DNA of 64,000 nt from Longimicrobiales bacterium (GTDB taxonomy: Bacteria; Gemmatimonadota; Gemmatimonadetes; Longimicrobiales; Gaopeijiaceae), in assembly GCA_041690395.1 (NCBI GenBank), contig JAWLHJ010000003.1, forward strand, positions 416,001 through 480,000. Reading direction: 5' to 3'. The first letter of the stretch is position 1; each line of letters opens with the position of its first letter. The notes under the pieces were generated by a model. It worked only from the letters and a program-made list of their open reading frames with translations. It was not told the DNA's origin and made no database searches. Shown piece after piece: positions 46,755 to 57,047 of this stretch. Both the position numbers and the translations under genes were made by a program.

Positions 46755-48383
46755 ATGCACGCTCGAGGCTGGCGACGCGATCGGATGAGAGGCGCGGCGC
46801 TGGCATGCGCCGCGGCGATGCTGGCGGCCGGCTCCTGCGGCCCCGCCCCGGCGGATGACGCAGCCGCTCACGGGGAGGGTCCCGGAGGATCCGCCGGGCC
46901 GCCGGACGCACCGTACGACCTGCTGATCCAGGGCGGCACCGTCATCGACGGCACGGGCGGGGCCCGCCGGCGCGCGGACGTCCTCGTGCGTGACGGGGTC
47001 GTCGCGCACGTCGGACCGGTCGACGCCGACACCGTCACCGTGACGCAGACGTTCGACGCCACCGGGTTGATCGTTGCTCCGGGCTTCATCGACTTGCACG
47101 CGCACGGCGACCCCACCGAAACGCCCGAGTTCACGAACTTCCTGGCGCAGGGCGTCACCACCATCGTTCTCGGACAGGATGGCGGCAGCCCCGATCCGGG
47201 GGCCTTCTCCGCGACCCTCGACGCCGCCGACGCAGCCCGCCCCGCCCTCAACGTCGCCTACCTGGTCGGCCACAACACCGTCCGGAGGGCATCGGGCGTG
47301 GACTTCGGGGATCCGGACGCCACCGGCCTCGAACGGATGGCGAGCCTCGTCGAGCAGGCCCTGGACGCGGGCGCGTTCGGGCTCTCCACCGGGCTCGAGT
47401 ACACCCCCGGCAACCAGGCCGGAATCGAGGAGCTCACCGCGTTGGCGCAGCCGGTCGCAGCCGTCGACGGCGTGGTCATGAGCCATGTCCGGAGCGAGGA
47501 CGCGGACCGGATCGACGCGTCGGTCGCGGAGCTCCTGGAACAGGGCCGGCGCTCGGGCGCCCGGGTGCACGTGTCGCACATGAAGATCGTGCTAGAGGAC
47601 GACCTCTCCGCGGCCGATCGCATTCTCGCGACGCTCGAGGCGGCGCGCGCCGACGGGCTGCGCGTCACTGCGGACGTCTATCCCTACACGGCCAGCTTCA
47701 CGGGCATCTCGATCCTCTTCCCGGACTGGGCCCGCGGCCCGACCCCGTATGCCGACGTGGTACGCGATCGCCGGCCGGAGCTCGAGGAGCACCTCAGGGC
47801 GCGGGTCGGCGCCCGGAACGGGCCGGAGGCGACGCTGTTCGGATCCGGTCCGTGGTCGGGGCTCACCCTCGAAGAGGCCGCGGCGCGGGAAGGACGCCCG
47901 TTCGAGGACCTCCTCGTCGAGCTCGGACCCGGCGGTGCCAGCGCGGCCTACTTCGTCATGGACGAAGGCGTCATGACGCGCTTCCTCACCGATCCGCACG
48001 TGGCCGTCTCCTCGGACGGAAGCCCCACCATGTCCCATCCGCGGGGTTACGGCTCCATGGCGCGGGTGCTGAGCACCTTCGCCGGCGAGTCGCGGATCCT
48101 CGGCCTGGAGGAAGTGATCCGGAAGATGTCTTCCCTGCCGGCCGAGATCCTGGGCCTCGACGACCCCGGGCGTATCGACGTGCCGCGCGGCACCGTGCGG
48201 GAAGGCATGGCCGCCGACCTCGTGGTGTTCGACCCGGCGGAAGTCGAGGACCGCGCGGACTTCGAGGCACCGCATACGCTCGCGGTCGGCATGCGGGCCG
48301 TGTGGGTCGGCGGCGAGCCGGCCTGGATGGACGGTGCGCCCGCGGACGGACCGCGGAACGGCCGGGTGCTGAGGCGGCGCTGA
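46755..48383 (+). CDS. N-acyl-D-amino-acid deacylase family amidohydrolase (probable lipoprotein)
   Basis: 'IVAPGFIDLHAH', 'QGVTT', 'GLSTGLEY.PG', 'SHMK', 'SDG...HPRGYG', 'ADLVVFDP'; start may be 46785. Confidence 0.92.
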   Translation: MHARGWRRDRMRGAALACAAAMLAAGSCGPAPADDAAAHGEGPGGSAGPPDAPYDLLIQGGTVIDGTGGARRRADVLVRDGVVAHVGPVDADTVTVTQTFDATGLIVAPGFIDLHAHGDPTETPEFTNFLAQGVTTIVLGQDGGSPDPGAFSATLDAADAARPALNVAYLVGHNTVRRASGVDFGDPDATGLERMASLVEQALDAGAFGLSTGLEYTPGNQAGIEELTALAQPVAAVDGVVMSHVRSEDADRIDASVAELLEQGRRSGARVHVSHMKIVLEDDLSAADRILATLEAARADGLRVTADVYPYTASFTGISILFPDWARGPTPYADVVRDRRPELEEHLRARVGARNGPEATLFGSGPWSGLTLEEAAAREGRPFEDLLVELGPGGASAAYFVMDEGVMTRFLTDPHVAVSSDGSPTMSHPRGYGSMARVLSTFAGESRILGLEEVIRKMSSLPAEILGLDDPGRIDVPRGTVREGMAADLVVFDPAEVEDRADFEAPHTLAVGMRAVWVGGEPAWMDGAPADGPRNGRVLRRR

Positions 48384-48502
48384 CCACCGGCCGCCCGCCC
48401 ACCGGAGGCCGCCTCGGCCGCCAACCAGCCAAGCCGGCACGGCCGCCCAAGCCGGGACGGCCTCGTGGGACGGGCCCGGGGCTGACGCCGGGCTGGCCGT
48501 GC

Positions 48503-49501
48503 CTAAGCCGGAACGGCCTGGCGCCTACCCGTCAGATATCCCTCGAGCAACCGCTCGACGTCCTCGAGCGTCTCCGACTGGAACAGCTCGGTGCGCAGCT
48601 TCCGGCCGTCCGGGAGCCCCTTGGTGTACCAGCCGAGGTGCTTCCGGAAGTCGATGATCGCGCGGTCCGGATTCTGCTCGAAAGCGATCGCGTTGCGGGC
48701 GTGCTCGAGACAGATCTCGAACTTCTCCTCGACACCGGGCTCGGGCGGAATCGGAAGCCCGTCGAGGGCCGCTCTCGCCTGCGTGAAGATCCACGGATCG
48801 CCGTGCGAGCCTCGGGCGATCATGATCCCCGCGCAGCCGGTCTCGTCCTTCATGCGACGGGCGTCGGCGCCCTCCACGATGTCGCCGTTCCCGATGACCG
48901 GAATCTCGAGCGCCTCCGCGACGTCGCGGATCTCGGACCAGCGGGCCTGGCCGGAGTACATGTCCGCGCGGGTCCGGGGGTGCAGGCAGAGCGCCCTCGC
49001 GCCCGCCTGCTCGCACCGCAGGGCGATCCCCACAGGGTCTCGCGTCTTCTCGTCGAAGCCCGACCGGATCTTCACGGTGGTCGGGAGCGGCGTGGCGTCG
49101 TCCACGGCCCGCACGATGCGGTCCACGAGGTCGAGGTCCCGGAGGCACCCGGAGCCGCCGTTCCGCTTCACGACCTTCTTCACCGGGCATCCGAAGTTGA
49201 TGTCGATGAAGTCGGGCCCGTACACGTCGGCCACGAGCGCCGCCGCGTCGGCCATCATCGCCGGATCCGCGCCGAAGATCTGGATGCCGATGGGGCGCTC
49301 CGCGTCGTCGAACCGGAGGTAGTCCCGAGAGCGGGGCGAGCCCATGATGATCCCGGCCGCGCTCACGAACTCGGACACCACGACATCGGCCCCGAACCGC
49401 CGACACAGGCGGCGGAACGGGGACTCGCTCACCCCTGCCTGGGGCGCGAGATAAAGGGGCGTGCGCTCGCTTCGGAGCAGCGCGAAAACGTCGTCGGACA
49501 T
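48503..49501 (-). CDS. dusB: tRNA-dihydrouridine synthase B
   Basis: 'LAPQAGVS', 'QIFG', 'IDINFGCPVKKV', 'TVKIRSG', 'PVIGNGDI'. Confidence 0.93.
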   Translation of the reverse strand: MSDDVFALLRSERTPLYLAPQAGVSESPFRRLCRRFGADVVVSEFVSAAGIIMGSPRSRDYLRFDDAERPIGIQIFGADPAMMADAAALVADVYGPDFIDINFGCPVKKVVKRNGGSGCLRDLDLVDRIVRAVDDATPLPTTVKIRSGFDEKTRDPVGIALRCEQAGARALCLHPRTRADMYSGQARWSEIRDVAEALEIPVIGNGDIVEGADARRMKDETGCAGIMIARGSHGDPWIFTQARAALDGLPIPPEPGVEEKFEICLEHARNAIAFEQNPDRAIIDFRKHLGWYTKGLPDGRKLRTELFQSETLEDVERLLEGYLTGRRQAVPA

Positions 49502-49633
49502 GCGTGGAAGCTACGGCCTGGGCGCGTCGGGGTGAAGTCGAAGTGCGGCCGGGGGATCGACGCACCCGTCCCGATCCTCTATTCTCCAAATGGTCAACGA
49601 ACAAGCACCCGAATTGTAGTTCGGAGGACATAC

Positions 49634-50086
49634 ATGCGGCTAACCGAGCTGTTCACGGTCGATTCCGTGAAGCTCCAACTCGAATCGGAGACGAAGGACG
49701 ATCTCCTGAAAGAGTTGATTTCCCTCCTGGGCCTGGACGACAAATCCGAGGCCATCCTCTTCAAGACCGTGAAGCGGCGCGAGAATCTCGGCTCCACGGG
49801 CATCGGTAAGGGGATCGCGATCCCGCACTGCCGATCCCTCGTGGCGAACCGCCTCCGCCTCGCCTACGGGCGCAAGCCCGGCGGCATCGACTTCAACGCC
49901 ATCGACGGCGCGCCGGTCTACAACTTCTTCCTCATCGTGGCGCCGCCCCTCGAGGTGTCGAACCAGTATCTCCCCGTCCTCGGCAAGATCGCGCAGTTCG
50001 CCAAGGACCCCGAGGTGCCCGACCTGCTTCTGGCGCTCGAGGACCCGAACGAGTTCCTGAATCTGCTCGACGAGAAGTCTCGATGA
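49634..50086 (+). CDS. PTS EIIA, fructose/mannitol/Ntr (PtsN-like) family
   Basis: GGAGG RBS; 'RENLGSTGIGKGIAIPHCR'. Confidence 0.93.
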   Translation: MRLTELFTVDSVKLQLESETKDDLLKELISLLGLDDKSEAILFKTVKRRENLGSTGIGKGIAIPHCRSLVANRLRLAYGRKPGGIDFNAIDGAPVYNFFLIVAPPLEVSNQYLPVLGKIAQFAKDPEVPDLLLALEDPNEFLNLLDEKSR

Positions 50087-50439
50087 ACGAAGAGCTCGTC
50101 CTGATGCTGGAGATCCAGGACCTCACATCGAAGGCGCGGGAGATCGAGAGCGGAGAGTTGGGCGACCTGGAGAAGGCCCACTTCGGGGTCGACCCGGCCG
50201 TAGCGGTCAAGGCGCTGCGTGGGAAGGCGGACCAGCTCATGGCCGATCTTCGGCCGAACGTGCGCGGGCGCTTCACGCAGCTCACCAAGCGCGTCGACCG
50301 GGCGGTCGTGCCGGTCATCGACGGCACCTGCTTCGGCTGCTACGTCTCGATTCCGACGGCGACCGCCGGAGAGCAGAATCCGAACGCGGATCTGCAGACC
50401 TGCGAGACCTGCGGGCGCTTCCTCTACATCCTGGTCTGA
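50083..50439 (+). CDS. C4-type zinc-ribbon protein (DUF164-like, short form)
   Basis: 'AVVPV.DGTCFGC...CETCGRFLY'; ATGA overlap. Confidence 0.85.
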   Translation: MNEELVLMLEIQDLTSKAREIESGELGDLEKAHFGVDPAVAVKALRGKADQLMADLRPNVRGRFTQLTKRVDRAVVPVIDGTCFGCYVSIPTATAGEQNPNADLQTCETCGRFLYILV

Positions 50440-50460
50440 GCGGGACCGGCCTCACCCGCG

Positions 50461-50502
50461 GCGCCGACCGTCGGGTGAGCGCCGACCGTCGGGTGAGCGC
50501 CG
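50461..50502. repeat. 18-bp tandem repeat in convergent intergenic region
   Basis: GCGCCGACCGTCGGGTGA x2 plus partial; complementary CTCACCCG just upstream. Confidence 0.8.
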
Positions 50503-50538
50503 CCCGGACCGCGCGTCACGCCTGGTCCCCGCCGGGCG

Positions 50539-50985
50539 TCACTTCAGCACGTACATCTTCCGCGTCTCACTGCGTCCGTTGACGGTGAGCTGCATGAAGT
50601 AGATGCCGGACGCCACCTGTCGGCCGGACAGGTCGTAGCCGTCCCAGAACGCTTCGTAGCGGCCGGGGATCGTGTACTCGAGCTGCCGCATCTCCTGCCC
50701 TTCACCGGACGGGTGGCCGAGGGCCACCGGATAGGCGACGAGTTGCTGCAGCAGGTTGAAGATGCGTACGGTCACGACCGTAGGACGCCCGTCGACGAAC
50801 AGGTCTTCACCCAGGGTGAAGGGGATGGTCGTCTCGGGGTTGAACGGGTTCGGATAGTTCTGTTCGAGCTGGAATCCGTTCGCCTGCCCGGCCTGGGCGC
50901 GAGCCCCGTCCTGGGCGGAGAGGGCGTCGACCGTCGTGATGGCCGAGAGAAGGAGGACGGACAAGACGCCGATGGTGCGTCTCAT
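50539..50985 (-). CDS. Small secreted protein consisting of a FlgD-Ig / T9SS-CTD-like domain
   Basis: Signal peptide then 'FQLEQNYPNPFNPETTI...WDG.D.SGRQVASGIYF..L......RKM'. Confidence 0.85.
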   Translation of the reverse strand: MRRTIGVLSVLLLSAITTVDALSAQDGARAQAGQANGFQLEQNYPNPFNPETTIPFTLGEDLFVDGRPTVVTVRIFNLLQQLVAYPVALGHPSGEGQEMRQLEYTIPGRYEAFWDGYDLSGRQVASGIYFMQLTVNGRSETRKMYVLK

Positions 50986-51204
50986 CTGGACCTCGGCACA
51001 ACTCGTGTGCGGTAGCTAAGCGTCGATCGCGCTCCATTCGGTGAACCTTCATAGGCGTCGCGCGCCCGGTCCCTTCCAACCTACGCTGCCTCGCAAGCGG
51101 CGGTCAAGCGCTCTCGGCGCCGGTCTCGAGGGGCCGGGCACGGAAGGGGCGACACCTCTTCGATCCGTCCACGGGACAAAGGGTTGCCCCCGATGGCCCA
51201 CCGC

Positions 51205-53109
51205 TCAAATCGGTACGCTGCGGCCGTCCTCGAGCCTGAGCGTGACGCCCCGCGTGTCGAAGAAGTTGAGGAGCGGAATGAGGTGCTTCCGGGTGACGTC
51301 GAGCGCGTCCCTGAAGTCCGCGGGACCGAGCCCGCTCCGGCCCCCGAGCGCGTCCCGGACCCGCGCCTCGGCGGCGGTCAGATGCTCGCTGGTCACGTAC
51401 AGATCGTCGGCCACCTGGGCCACGCTCCCTTCCCGCTCGAGCCAGTACAGCAAGGACCACAGGTCGGCACGACCCTTCAGCGCTTCGGGCATCTCCTCGA
51501 CGAACGGAGGCGCGAGTCCACCTGCCGCGAGGATCTCCAGCAGCTGCTCCGTAGCCCGTCGCTGGTCGTCCGTGAGCGTGGGCTCGTGCTCCGGCGCGCG
51601 GACCCCACCGGACTCGGAGACGAGCGCCCCCTCGGCCAGAAGCTCATCGATGACGGCGTCGGCCAGCCCGGCGGGTGCCCATGACGGAAGCACCGCCCGG
51701 ACCGCCGCGAGCGCCACGGAGGCGCGCAACCGGTCGCGCTCGTGCTCGGCCCGCACCGCGGCCAGGACCTGCTCCCTGGCATCCGCCCAGACCCGACCGG
51801 ATACGGCGTGATCGGCGGCCATCCGCACGCCCGCGTCCACGAGGGCATTGAGCGCCGCCCGGACCCGGGACTCCGAAAGCCCCGAGCGAACGGGGAGCTC
51901 GCTCCGGGCCACCCCTGCCCAACCCGCCAGGTCGAGCAGCGACGACACCGCGGCCGCGTCGTCACCTTCGAGCGCGGACTCGAGCGCCGCGCGGGTCGGG
52001 GCGTCGAGCTCGCTCCGCTTGCGTGGATGGGACTCCGCCACGACTCCGCCGGCGATGGTCGTCACGGGCGAATAGGAGCGGAGGACGAGTCGGTCCCGTC
52101 CCCGTGCCATGAGCGGTTCCTCGAGCCGGAGCTGCATCCACCCGGTCTCTCCGGGGAGCAGCTCCTCGGCCTCCAATGCCACGCATCGCGCCAGCACCTG
52201 CGCGGTTCCGTGGTGCACGTGCACCCGCTGGTTGTGCGCGAGCGTCCACTCGCTGTCGCCAAGGACGTGCGCGCGCACGGTGAGCATGTGGGTCGGCGAC
52301 CAGGCTTCGGACGTGACGAGCGTGGCGCCGCGCTCGACGACCTCGCGATCCGCGCCGCTACCCGCCAGCGCCACGGCCGTCCGCTCTCCGGCCCGGGCCG
52401 CGTCGGCCGAGCGGCCGTGCACCTGCAGCCCGCGGACGCGCGCCTCCAGGTCCTGGGGCATCACCCGCACCCGATCGCCCTGGCTGAGCGTGCCGCTCCA
52501 GAGCGTGCCCGTCACGACCGTGCCGGTCCCCTGGATGGTGAACACCCGGTCGAGCGGGAGGCGGACGAGGTCGTCGTCTCCCCGGTCCGGCACGCGCGCG
52601 CCCACCTCGGAGAGCCGCCCGAGCAGCTCGTCGAGGCCCCGCCCCTCCACGGCCGACGTGGCCACGCGCGGCGCCCGCTCGTAGGCCGTTCCGTCGAGGA
52701 GGTCGTCCACGTCGGCCTCGACGAGTTCCAGCCACTCCGGCTCCACGAGGTCGGCCTTCGTGTACGCCACCACCATCTCCGGCACGCCGAGGAGCCGCAC
52801 GATCCCGAAGTGCTCGCGGGTCTGGGGCATGACGCCCTCGTCGGCGGCGACGACCAGGAGCACGACGTCCATGCCCGCGGCGCCCGCCAGCATGGCCCTG
52901 ACGAAAGCCTCGTGGCCCGGAACGTCGACGACGCCGAAGCGTGGCCCGTCGTCGCGGCTCAGCTCCGCGAAGCCGAGCTCGATGGTGATGCCCCGGGCCT
53001 TCTCCTCCTTCAGACGGTCGGTGTCGATGCCCGTGAGCGCCCGGACGAGCGCCGTCTTGCCGTGGTCGATGTGTCCGGCGGTTCCAAGGATGAGGCGATC
53101 CCGGCTCAC
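51205..53109 (-). CDS. selB: Selenocysteine-specific translation elongation factor
   Basis: '[11 protein letters not shown]', '[13 protein letters not shown]', 'DVPGHE', C-terminal winged helices '[12 protein letters not shown]'; GTG overlaps recO stop. Confidence 0.96.
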   Translation of the reverse strand: MSRDRLILGTAGHIDHGKTALVRALTGIDTDRLKEEKARGITIELGFAELSRDDGPRFGVVDVPGHEAFVRAMLAGAAGMDVVLLVVAADEGVMPQTREHFGIVRLLGVPEMVVAYTKADLVEPEWLELVEADVDDLLDGTAYERAPRVATSAVEGRGLDELLGRLSEVGARVPDRGDDDLVRLPLDRVFTIQGTGTVVTGTLWSGTLSQGDRVRVMPQDLEARVRGLQVHGRSADAARAGERTAVALAGSGADREVVERGATLVTSEAWSPTHMLTVRAHVLGDSEWTLAHNQRVHVHHGTAQVLARCVALEAEELLPGETGWMQLRLEEPLMARGRDRLVLRSYSPVTTIAGGVVAESHPRKRSELDAPTRAALESALEGDDAAAVSSLLDLAGWAGVARSELPVRSGLSESRVRAALNALVDAGVRMAADHAVSGRVWADAREQVLAAVRAEHERDRLRASVALAAVRAVLPSWAPAGLADAVIDELLAEGALVSESGGVRAPEHEPTLTDDQRRATEQLLEILAAGGLAPPFVEEMPEALKGRADLWSLLYWLEREGSVAQVADDLYVTSEHLTAAEARVRDALGGRSGLGPADFRDALDVTRKHLIPLLNFFDTRGVTLRLEDGRSVPI

Positions 53110-53867
53110 GAGGTGACGCCCTCGTCGGCGGGGAGGCGGTCGGCCAGGAAGACCAGCGTCTTGAGAGGCTTCGACACGACGTGGTGCACCATGAAGTCCG
53201 AGACCAGGGCCAGATGCCGCCTGGGATGCACGAAGTCGTCGGGCGGGCGGCCGTCCAGCAGCGCGAGGAGCTGATCGCGGGCGACGGGGCCCACACGCGG
53301 CCCGACCGCTCCCGCGCCGCAGGCTTCGCACCGCACCCCGCCCGCCTCGAAGTCGAAGCGGGCCAGCTCATCGCCCCCGAGCGACCGGCCGCACAGGACG
53401 CACGCCCCGAGCTCGGGGGCGAATCCGAAGGCGGCGGTGACGCGCCAGAGCGCGGACAGGACGCGGGCCGGGAGCTCCGGCGTGGGCGCGTCGTCCAGGC
53501 GGTCCAACTCCTCCTCCAACGTCTCGAAGAGGAACGGGTGGGGCTCCTGCTCCGCGTGCGACAGGACGAGCTCGGCCAGGCACGACGCGCCCGCGAAGCG
53601 GAGGATGTCGAGCGGGATCCGGGACCTCGAGCGCTGGGCCGTGAAGTCCTTCATGGTATGCAGGTCGCCGTGCGGCTTCACGTACGCCACCAACTCGCCG
53701 GACGCGAAGCTGTTCGCCACCGAGCCCCCCTTCCCGCTCCGGCCCCGCACGCCGCGCGCGACGACGCTCAGGAGGCCGTGCTCGAGGGTGTAGAACCGCA
53801 GAATCCGGCTGGTGTCGCCGTAATCGAACCCACGCAGCAGCACGGCCGCCGTCCCGACGGGCGCCAC
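53106..53867 (-). CDS. recO: DNA repair protein RecO
   Basis: '[19 protein letters not shown]....ARG.R'; Zn motif 'CVLC...C..C'. Confidence 0.95.
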   Translation of the reverse strand: MAPVGTAAVLLRGFDYGDTSRILRFYTLEHGLLSVVARGVRGRSGKGGSVANSFASGELVAYVKPHGDLHTMKDFTAQRSRSRIPLDILRFAGASCLAELVLSHAEQEPHPFLFETLEEELDRLDDAPTPELPARVLSALWRVTAAFGFAPELGACVLCGRSLGGDELARFDFEAGGVRCEACGAGAVGPRVGPVARDQLLALLDGRPPDDFVHPRRHLALVSDFMVHHVVSKPLKTLVFLADRLPADEGVTS

Positions 53868-53868
53868 G

Positions 53869-55038
53869 TCAGGATTCCGCCCTCAGCTTACGGAGCAGCT
53901 CGGCGCGACGGGCCTGGTAGGCCGCGCGCTCCTCGGCGGTGGGGTCGGGCTGGGCTTCGAACGTCTCGTCGAGGCGCGCGATCTCCATGAGGAGCGCCTG
54001 GCGGTCGGCCGCCGCGGTTCCCGCTCGGGCGCCGCCGGCGAGGGCGCCGGCTCCCGCCCCCGCTGCGTCTCCGGCAGCCTCGGTCGACGACAGGCCACGC
54101 AGCACGACGATGGCCGCCACGGCCAGCGCGAGCGCCACGACCACCGTGATCCATTCGACCGGCAGATCGCCCGGAGTCTCGGCTTCGACCACCCGCACGC
54201 GGTCCGGTCCGACATTGGTGGCCGAATACCGGCGGTACGTCGAGCCCGCCTCGAGCTCCACCCGCCCGATGAGGTCGAGCCCTTCCACGCCGACACGCGG
54301 CGACGGCTCACGAACGAGGAGGTCGAAGGCTTCGGTCAGCCCCGGCGTCGGCACGGTGCCGAAGATCTCGTCGACGGAGTAGCGGAAGACGAACACCCGC
54401 TCCCCCGGCGCGACGGCCGCCCGCACGACCACGTCCCCGTCCTCGACGGTCGTACCGTCGAGGGAGAACCCGTCCTGGCCAGAGGTGAAGTCCCGCGCGC
54501 CCTCGACGAGGGGATAGCGCCAGACGAAGCCGTCCTCGGGCGCCACCAGCGTTCGTCCGTCGTCGTTCCGCAGCTGGAAGATGTCGGTGACGCGCCACTC
54601 CTCCCCATTCGGCTCGAAGAACAGGTTGCGCGCCTGGATCGGGATCTCGTGGCCCCCGGAGGCCACCATGGCCGTGTCGTATGCCTGGATCCGGTAGATG
54701 GAGTCGAGCTGTGCGACATCGGCCAGCGCGGAGCCGAAGTAGAGGATCCCCTCGTGACGGATGGAGGCGAAGTAGAAGCGGTCGGCGGCGCCGAGCGGTG
54801 CCTCGGGGAGGGTGAAGCTGAACGTGCCGTCGGGCGCGACCGCCACCGAGTCGATCTCGCCCTGGATCTCGCTCGTCACCTGGTGCAGAACGACGGTCCC
54901 CACGTCCAACGCGGAATCGCCCACCAGGACCTCGCCACGAAGCGGCGGAACGTCCTGCGCCTGCGCCCACGCACCGACGGGCGACAGGAACGGGGCCGTG
55001 AGGACAGTCAGGGTCGCGACGATTCGGATCCAACGCAC
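53869..55038 (-). CDS. Hypothetical exported protein with C-terminal TM anchor and coiled tail
   Basis: Signal peptide; TM 'WITVVVALALAVAAIVVL'; 'LLMEIARLDE.FE....Y.ARRAEL'. Confidence 0.75.
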   Translation of the reverse strand: MRWIRIVATLTVLTAPFLSPVGAWAQAQDVPPLRGEVLVGDSALDVGTVVLHQVTSEIQGEIDSVAVAPDGTFSFTLPEAPLGAADRFYFASIRHEGILYFGSALADVAQLDSIYRIQAYDTAMVASGGHEIPIQARNLFFEPNGEEWRVTDIFQLRNDDGRTLVAPEDGFVWRYPLVEGARDFTSGQDGFSLDGTTVEDGDVVVRAAVAPGERVFVFRYSVDEIFGTVPTPGLTEAFDLLVREPSPRVGVEGLDLIGRVELEAGSTYRRYSATNVGPDRVRVVEAETPGDLPVEWITVVVALALAVAAIVVLRGLSSTEAAGDAAGAGAGALAGGARAGTAAADRQALLMEIARLDETFEAQPDPTAEERAAYQARRAELLRKLRAES

Positions 55039-55104
55039 GGCGATGCTCCGGTGGGGCCCGAGCTGGGCGGCATGGATGGGAATGGGGCGCCCCGGCGGAG
55101 GCGA

Positions 55105-55641
55105 CTAGGGGTTGAAGCGGCCGAAATCTTCCGGATTCAGCTTACGCAGATGCTCCTTCAACTCGTCCGGACCCATGGACTCGGGCTCGACGACCTTCTC
55201 CTGGACGTCGAACGGGAGATCCACGACCGCCTCCTCGTCGGCGACCTCGATGGACGCGGTCTCGAGCAGGTCGTCCTGTGCGAAGATGCGGGCGTCGACA
55301 CGCAGCGCCACGGCGATGGAATCCGACGGGCGGGCGTCGAGCGAGAAGACCTCCCCGTTGCGGCGCACGATGAGCTCCGCATAGTACGTGCTCTTCTCGA
55401 CCCGCGTGATGATCACCTTCTCGAGCATGCCGCCCAGCCCCTTCATGACCGAGCACAGCAGGTCGTGCGTGAGAGGGCGCGCGAACTCCATGTCCGCGAG
55501 CTGCATCGCGATCGCGCTGGCCTCGCCCGGTCCGATCCAGATGGGCAGGACACGCTCACCCTCCATTTCCTCGAGGATGACCACGGGGGTGTTCGATGAA
55601 CGGTCGAGCGCCAAGCTCTGTACTCTGACCTCTACCAACAC
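55105..55641 (-). CDS. Bifunctional nuclease family (DUF151) protein
   Basis: 'LPIWIGPGEA.AI', 'RPLTHDL', 'DARPSDSIAVALR'; GGAGG RBS. Confidence 0.93.
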   Translation of the reverse strand: MLVEVRVQSLALDRSSNTPVVILEEMEGERVLPIWIGPGEASAIAMQLADMEFARPLTHDLLCSVMKGLGGMLEKVIITRVEKSTYYAELIVRRNGEVFSLDARPSDSIAVALRVDARIFAQDDLLETASIEVADEEAVVDLPFDVQEKVVEPESMGPDELKEHLRKLNPEDFGRFNP

Positions 55642-55774
55642 GCGGGAGATTCCTCCGCACCGGAGTCGTGGCGGGGCCGGCTCGGCCCGCTCGCACCCCC
55701 CAATACTCCGAAGCACCGCCCGGGTTCTCGTGAACCCGGACGGTGCTCAGTGGGACCCGGGCTCGCCCGGAGGC

Positions 55775-56956
55775 TCAGCCGCCGACGGCCGTCTTCAGGT
55801 CGTCGATCCGGTTGGTCAGCTCCCATGGGAAGAACTGTGCCTCCGCGTCCCCGCCGGCCGACGGGACCCGCTTCTCGGGCGTGCGGCCGAAGTGGCCGTA
55901 CGCCGCGGTCGGCGTGTAGATCGGCTTCAGCAGGTCGAGGTTCTCGATGATCTTCTTCGGACGGAAGTCGAACACGTCGGACACCGCAGCGGCGATCTCG
56001 GCCTCGGGCAGCTCACTCGTGCCGAAGGTGAGCACGCGGATGGACACCGGCTCGGCGACCCCGATCGCGTAGGCGAGCTGGATCTCGCAGCGACGGGCCA
56101 GGCCGGCGGCCACCACGTTCTTCGCGGCCCAGCGCGCGGCATACGCGGCCGACCGGTCCACCTTCGACGGGTCCTTGCCGGAGAACGCGCCGCCCCCGTG
56201 GCGACCCACGCCGCCGTAGGTGTCGACGATGATCTTGCGGCCCGTCAGGCCCGCGTCTCCGTGAGGCCCGCCGATGACGAAGCGTCCGGTCGGGTTGATG
56301 TGCAGCACACAGTCGTCCACGTCGAACATGTCGGCGGGAAGGACGGGCTTGATCACGCGGTCGATGACGGTCTCACGGATCTCGCCGTCGCGCACGTCGG
56401 GGTCGTGCTGGGTGCTCACCACGACCGTGTGCACGCGAACCGGCTTGTCCCCGTCGAACTCCACCGTGACCTGGGCCTTGCCGTCCGGCCGGATCCACGG
56501 CACCTGGCCCTCGCGACGGACCCACGCGAGGCGCTGCGTGATCCGGTGCGCGAAGTGGATGCTGGCCGGCATCAGCTCCGGCGTCTCGTCGCTGGCGTAG
56601 CCGAACATCATCCCCTGGTCCCCGGCGCCGCCCGGATCCACGCCCATGGCGATGTCGGGGGACTGCTGGTCGATGTTCGTGAGCACCGCGCAGGTCATCG
56701 CGTCGATACCGAGCTGCGCGTTGGTGTAGCCGATGCGCTGGAGGGTCCCCCGGACGATGTCGGGGAGATGCACGTAGGTCTCGGTCGAGATCTCACCGGC
56801 GACGAGCGCCATGCCCGTCGTGACCAGCGTCTCGCACGCCACCCGCGAGTTCGGATCCTTGGCGAGCAGGTGATCGAGGACGGAGTCGGAGATCTGGTCC
56901 GCGATCTTGTCGGGGTGACCTTCGGTGACGGACTCGGAGGTAAACAGGTTCTTCAA
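55775..56956 (-). CDS. metK: S-adenosylmethionine synthetase
   Basis: '[13 protein letters not shown]', 'GAGDQG', '[16 protein letters not shown]'. Confidence 0.99.
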   Translation of the reverse strand: MKNLFTSESVTEGHPDKIADQISDSVLDHLLAKDPNSRVACETLVTTGMALVAGEISTETYVHLPDIVRGTLQRIGYTNAQLGIDAMTCAVLTNIDQQSPDIAMGVDPGGAGDQGMMFGYASDETPELMPASIHFAHRITQRLAWVRREGQVPWIRPDGKAQVTVEFDGDKPVRVHTVVVSTQHDPDVRDGEIRETVIDRVIKPVLPADMFDVDDCVLHINPTGRFVIGGPHGDAGLTGRKIIVDTYGGVGRHGGGAFSGKDPSKVDRSAAYAARWAAKNVVAAGLARRCEIQLAYAIGVAEPVSIRVLTFGTSELPEAEIAAAVSDVFDFRPKKIIENLDLLKPIYTPTAAYGHFGRTPEKRVPSAGGDAEAQFFPWELTNRIDDLKTAVGG

Positions 56957-57003
56957 GGTGTCCCTTCCCGGGAATCGGCTTCTAATTACGCGAATCGAGC
57001 GGT

Positions 57004-57025
57004 CCTATCCGGATATTCGGATAGG
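57004..57025. promoter_or_regulatory. Palindrome upstream of metK (operator or hairpin)
   Basis: CCTATCCG-GATATT-CGGATAGG; no U-tract follows. Confidence 0.55.
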
Positions 57026-57047
57026 TCGAGCCTTCTAGGCTATTGGA

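Noticed and set aside
46503..47579. 358-aa minus-strand ORF ending ANNNMALAA
   Set aside because: Antisense shadow of the amidohydrolase running into the tmRNA tag frame.
47852..49633. 744-aa ORF 47852-50086 as a large EIIA fusion
   Set aside because: The N-terminal part overlaps the amidohydrolase and is antisense to dusB; the real gene starts at ATG 49634 after a GGAGG RBS.
53110..53331. N-terminal extension of SelB in the ORF track
   Set aside because: Overlaps recO; homology begins at GTG 53109.
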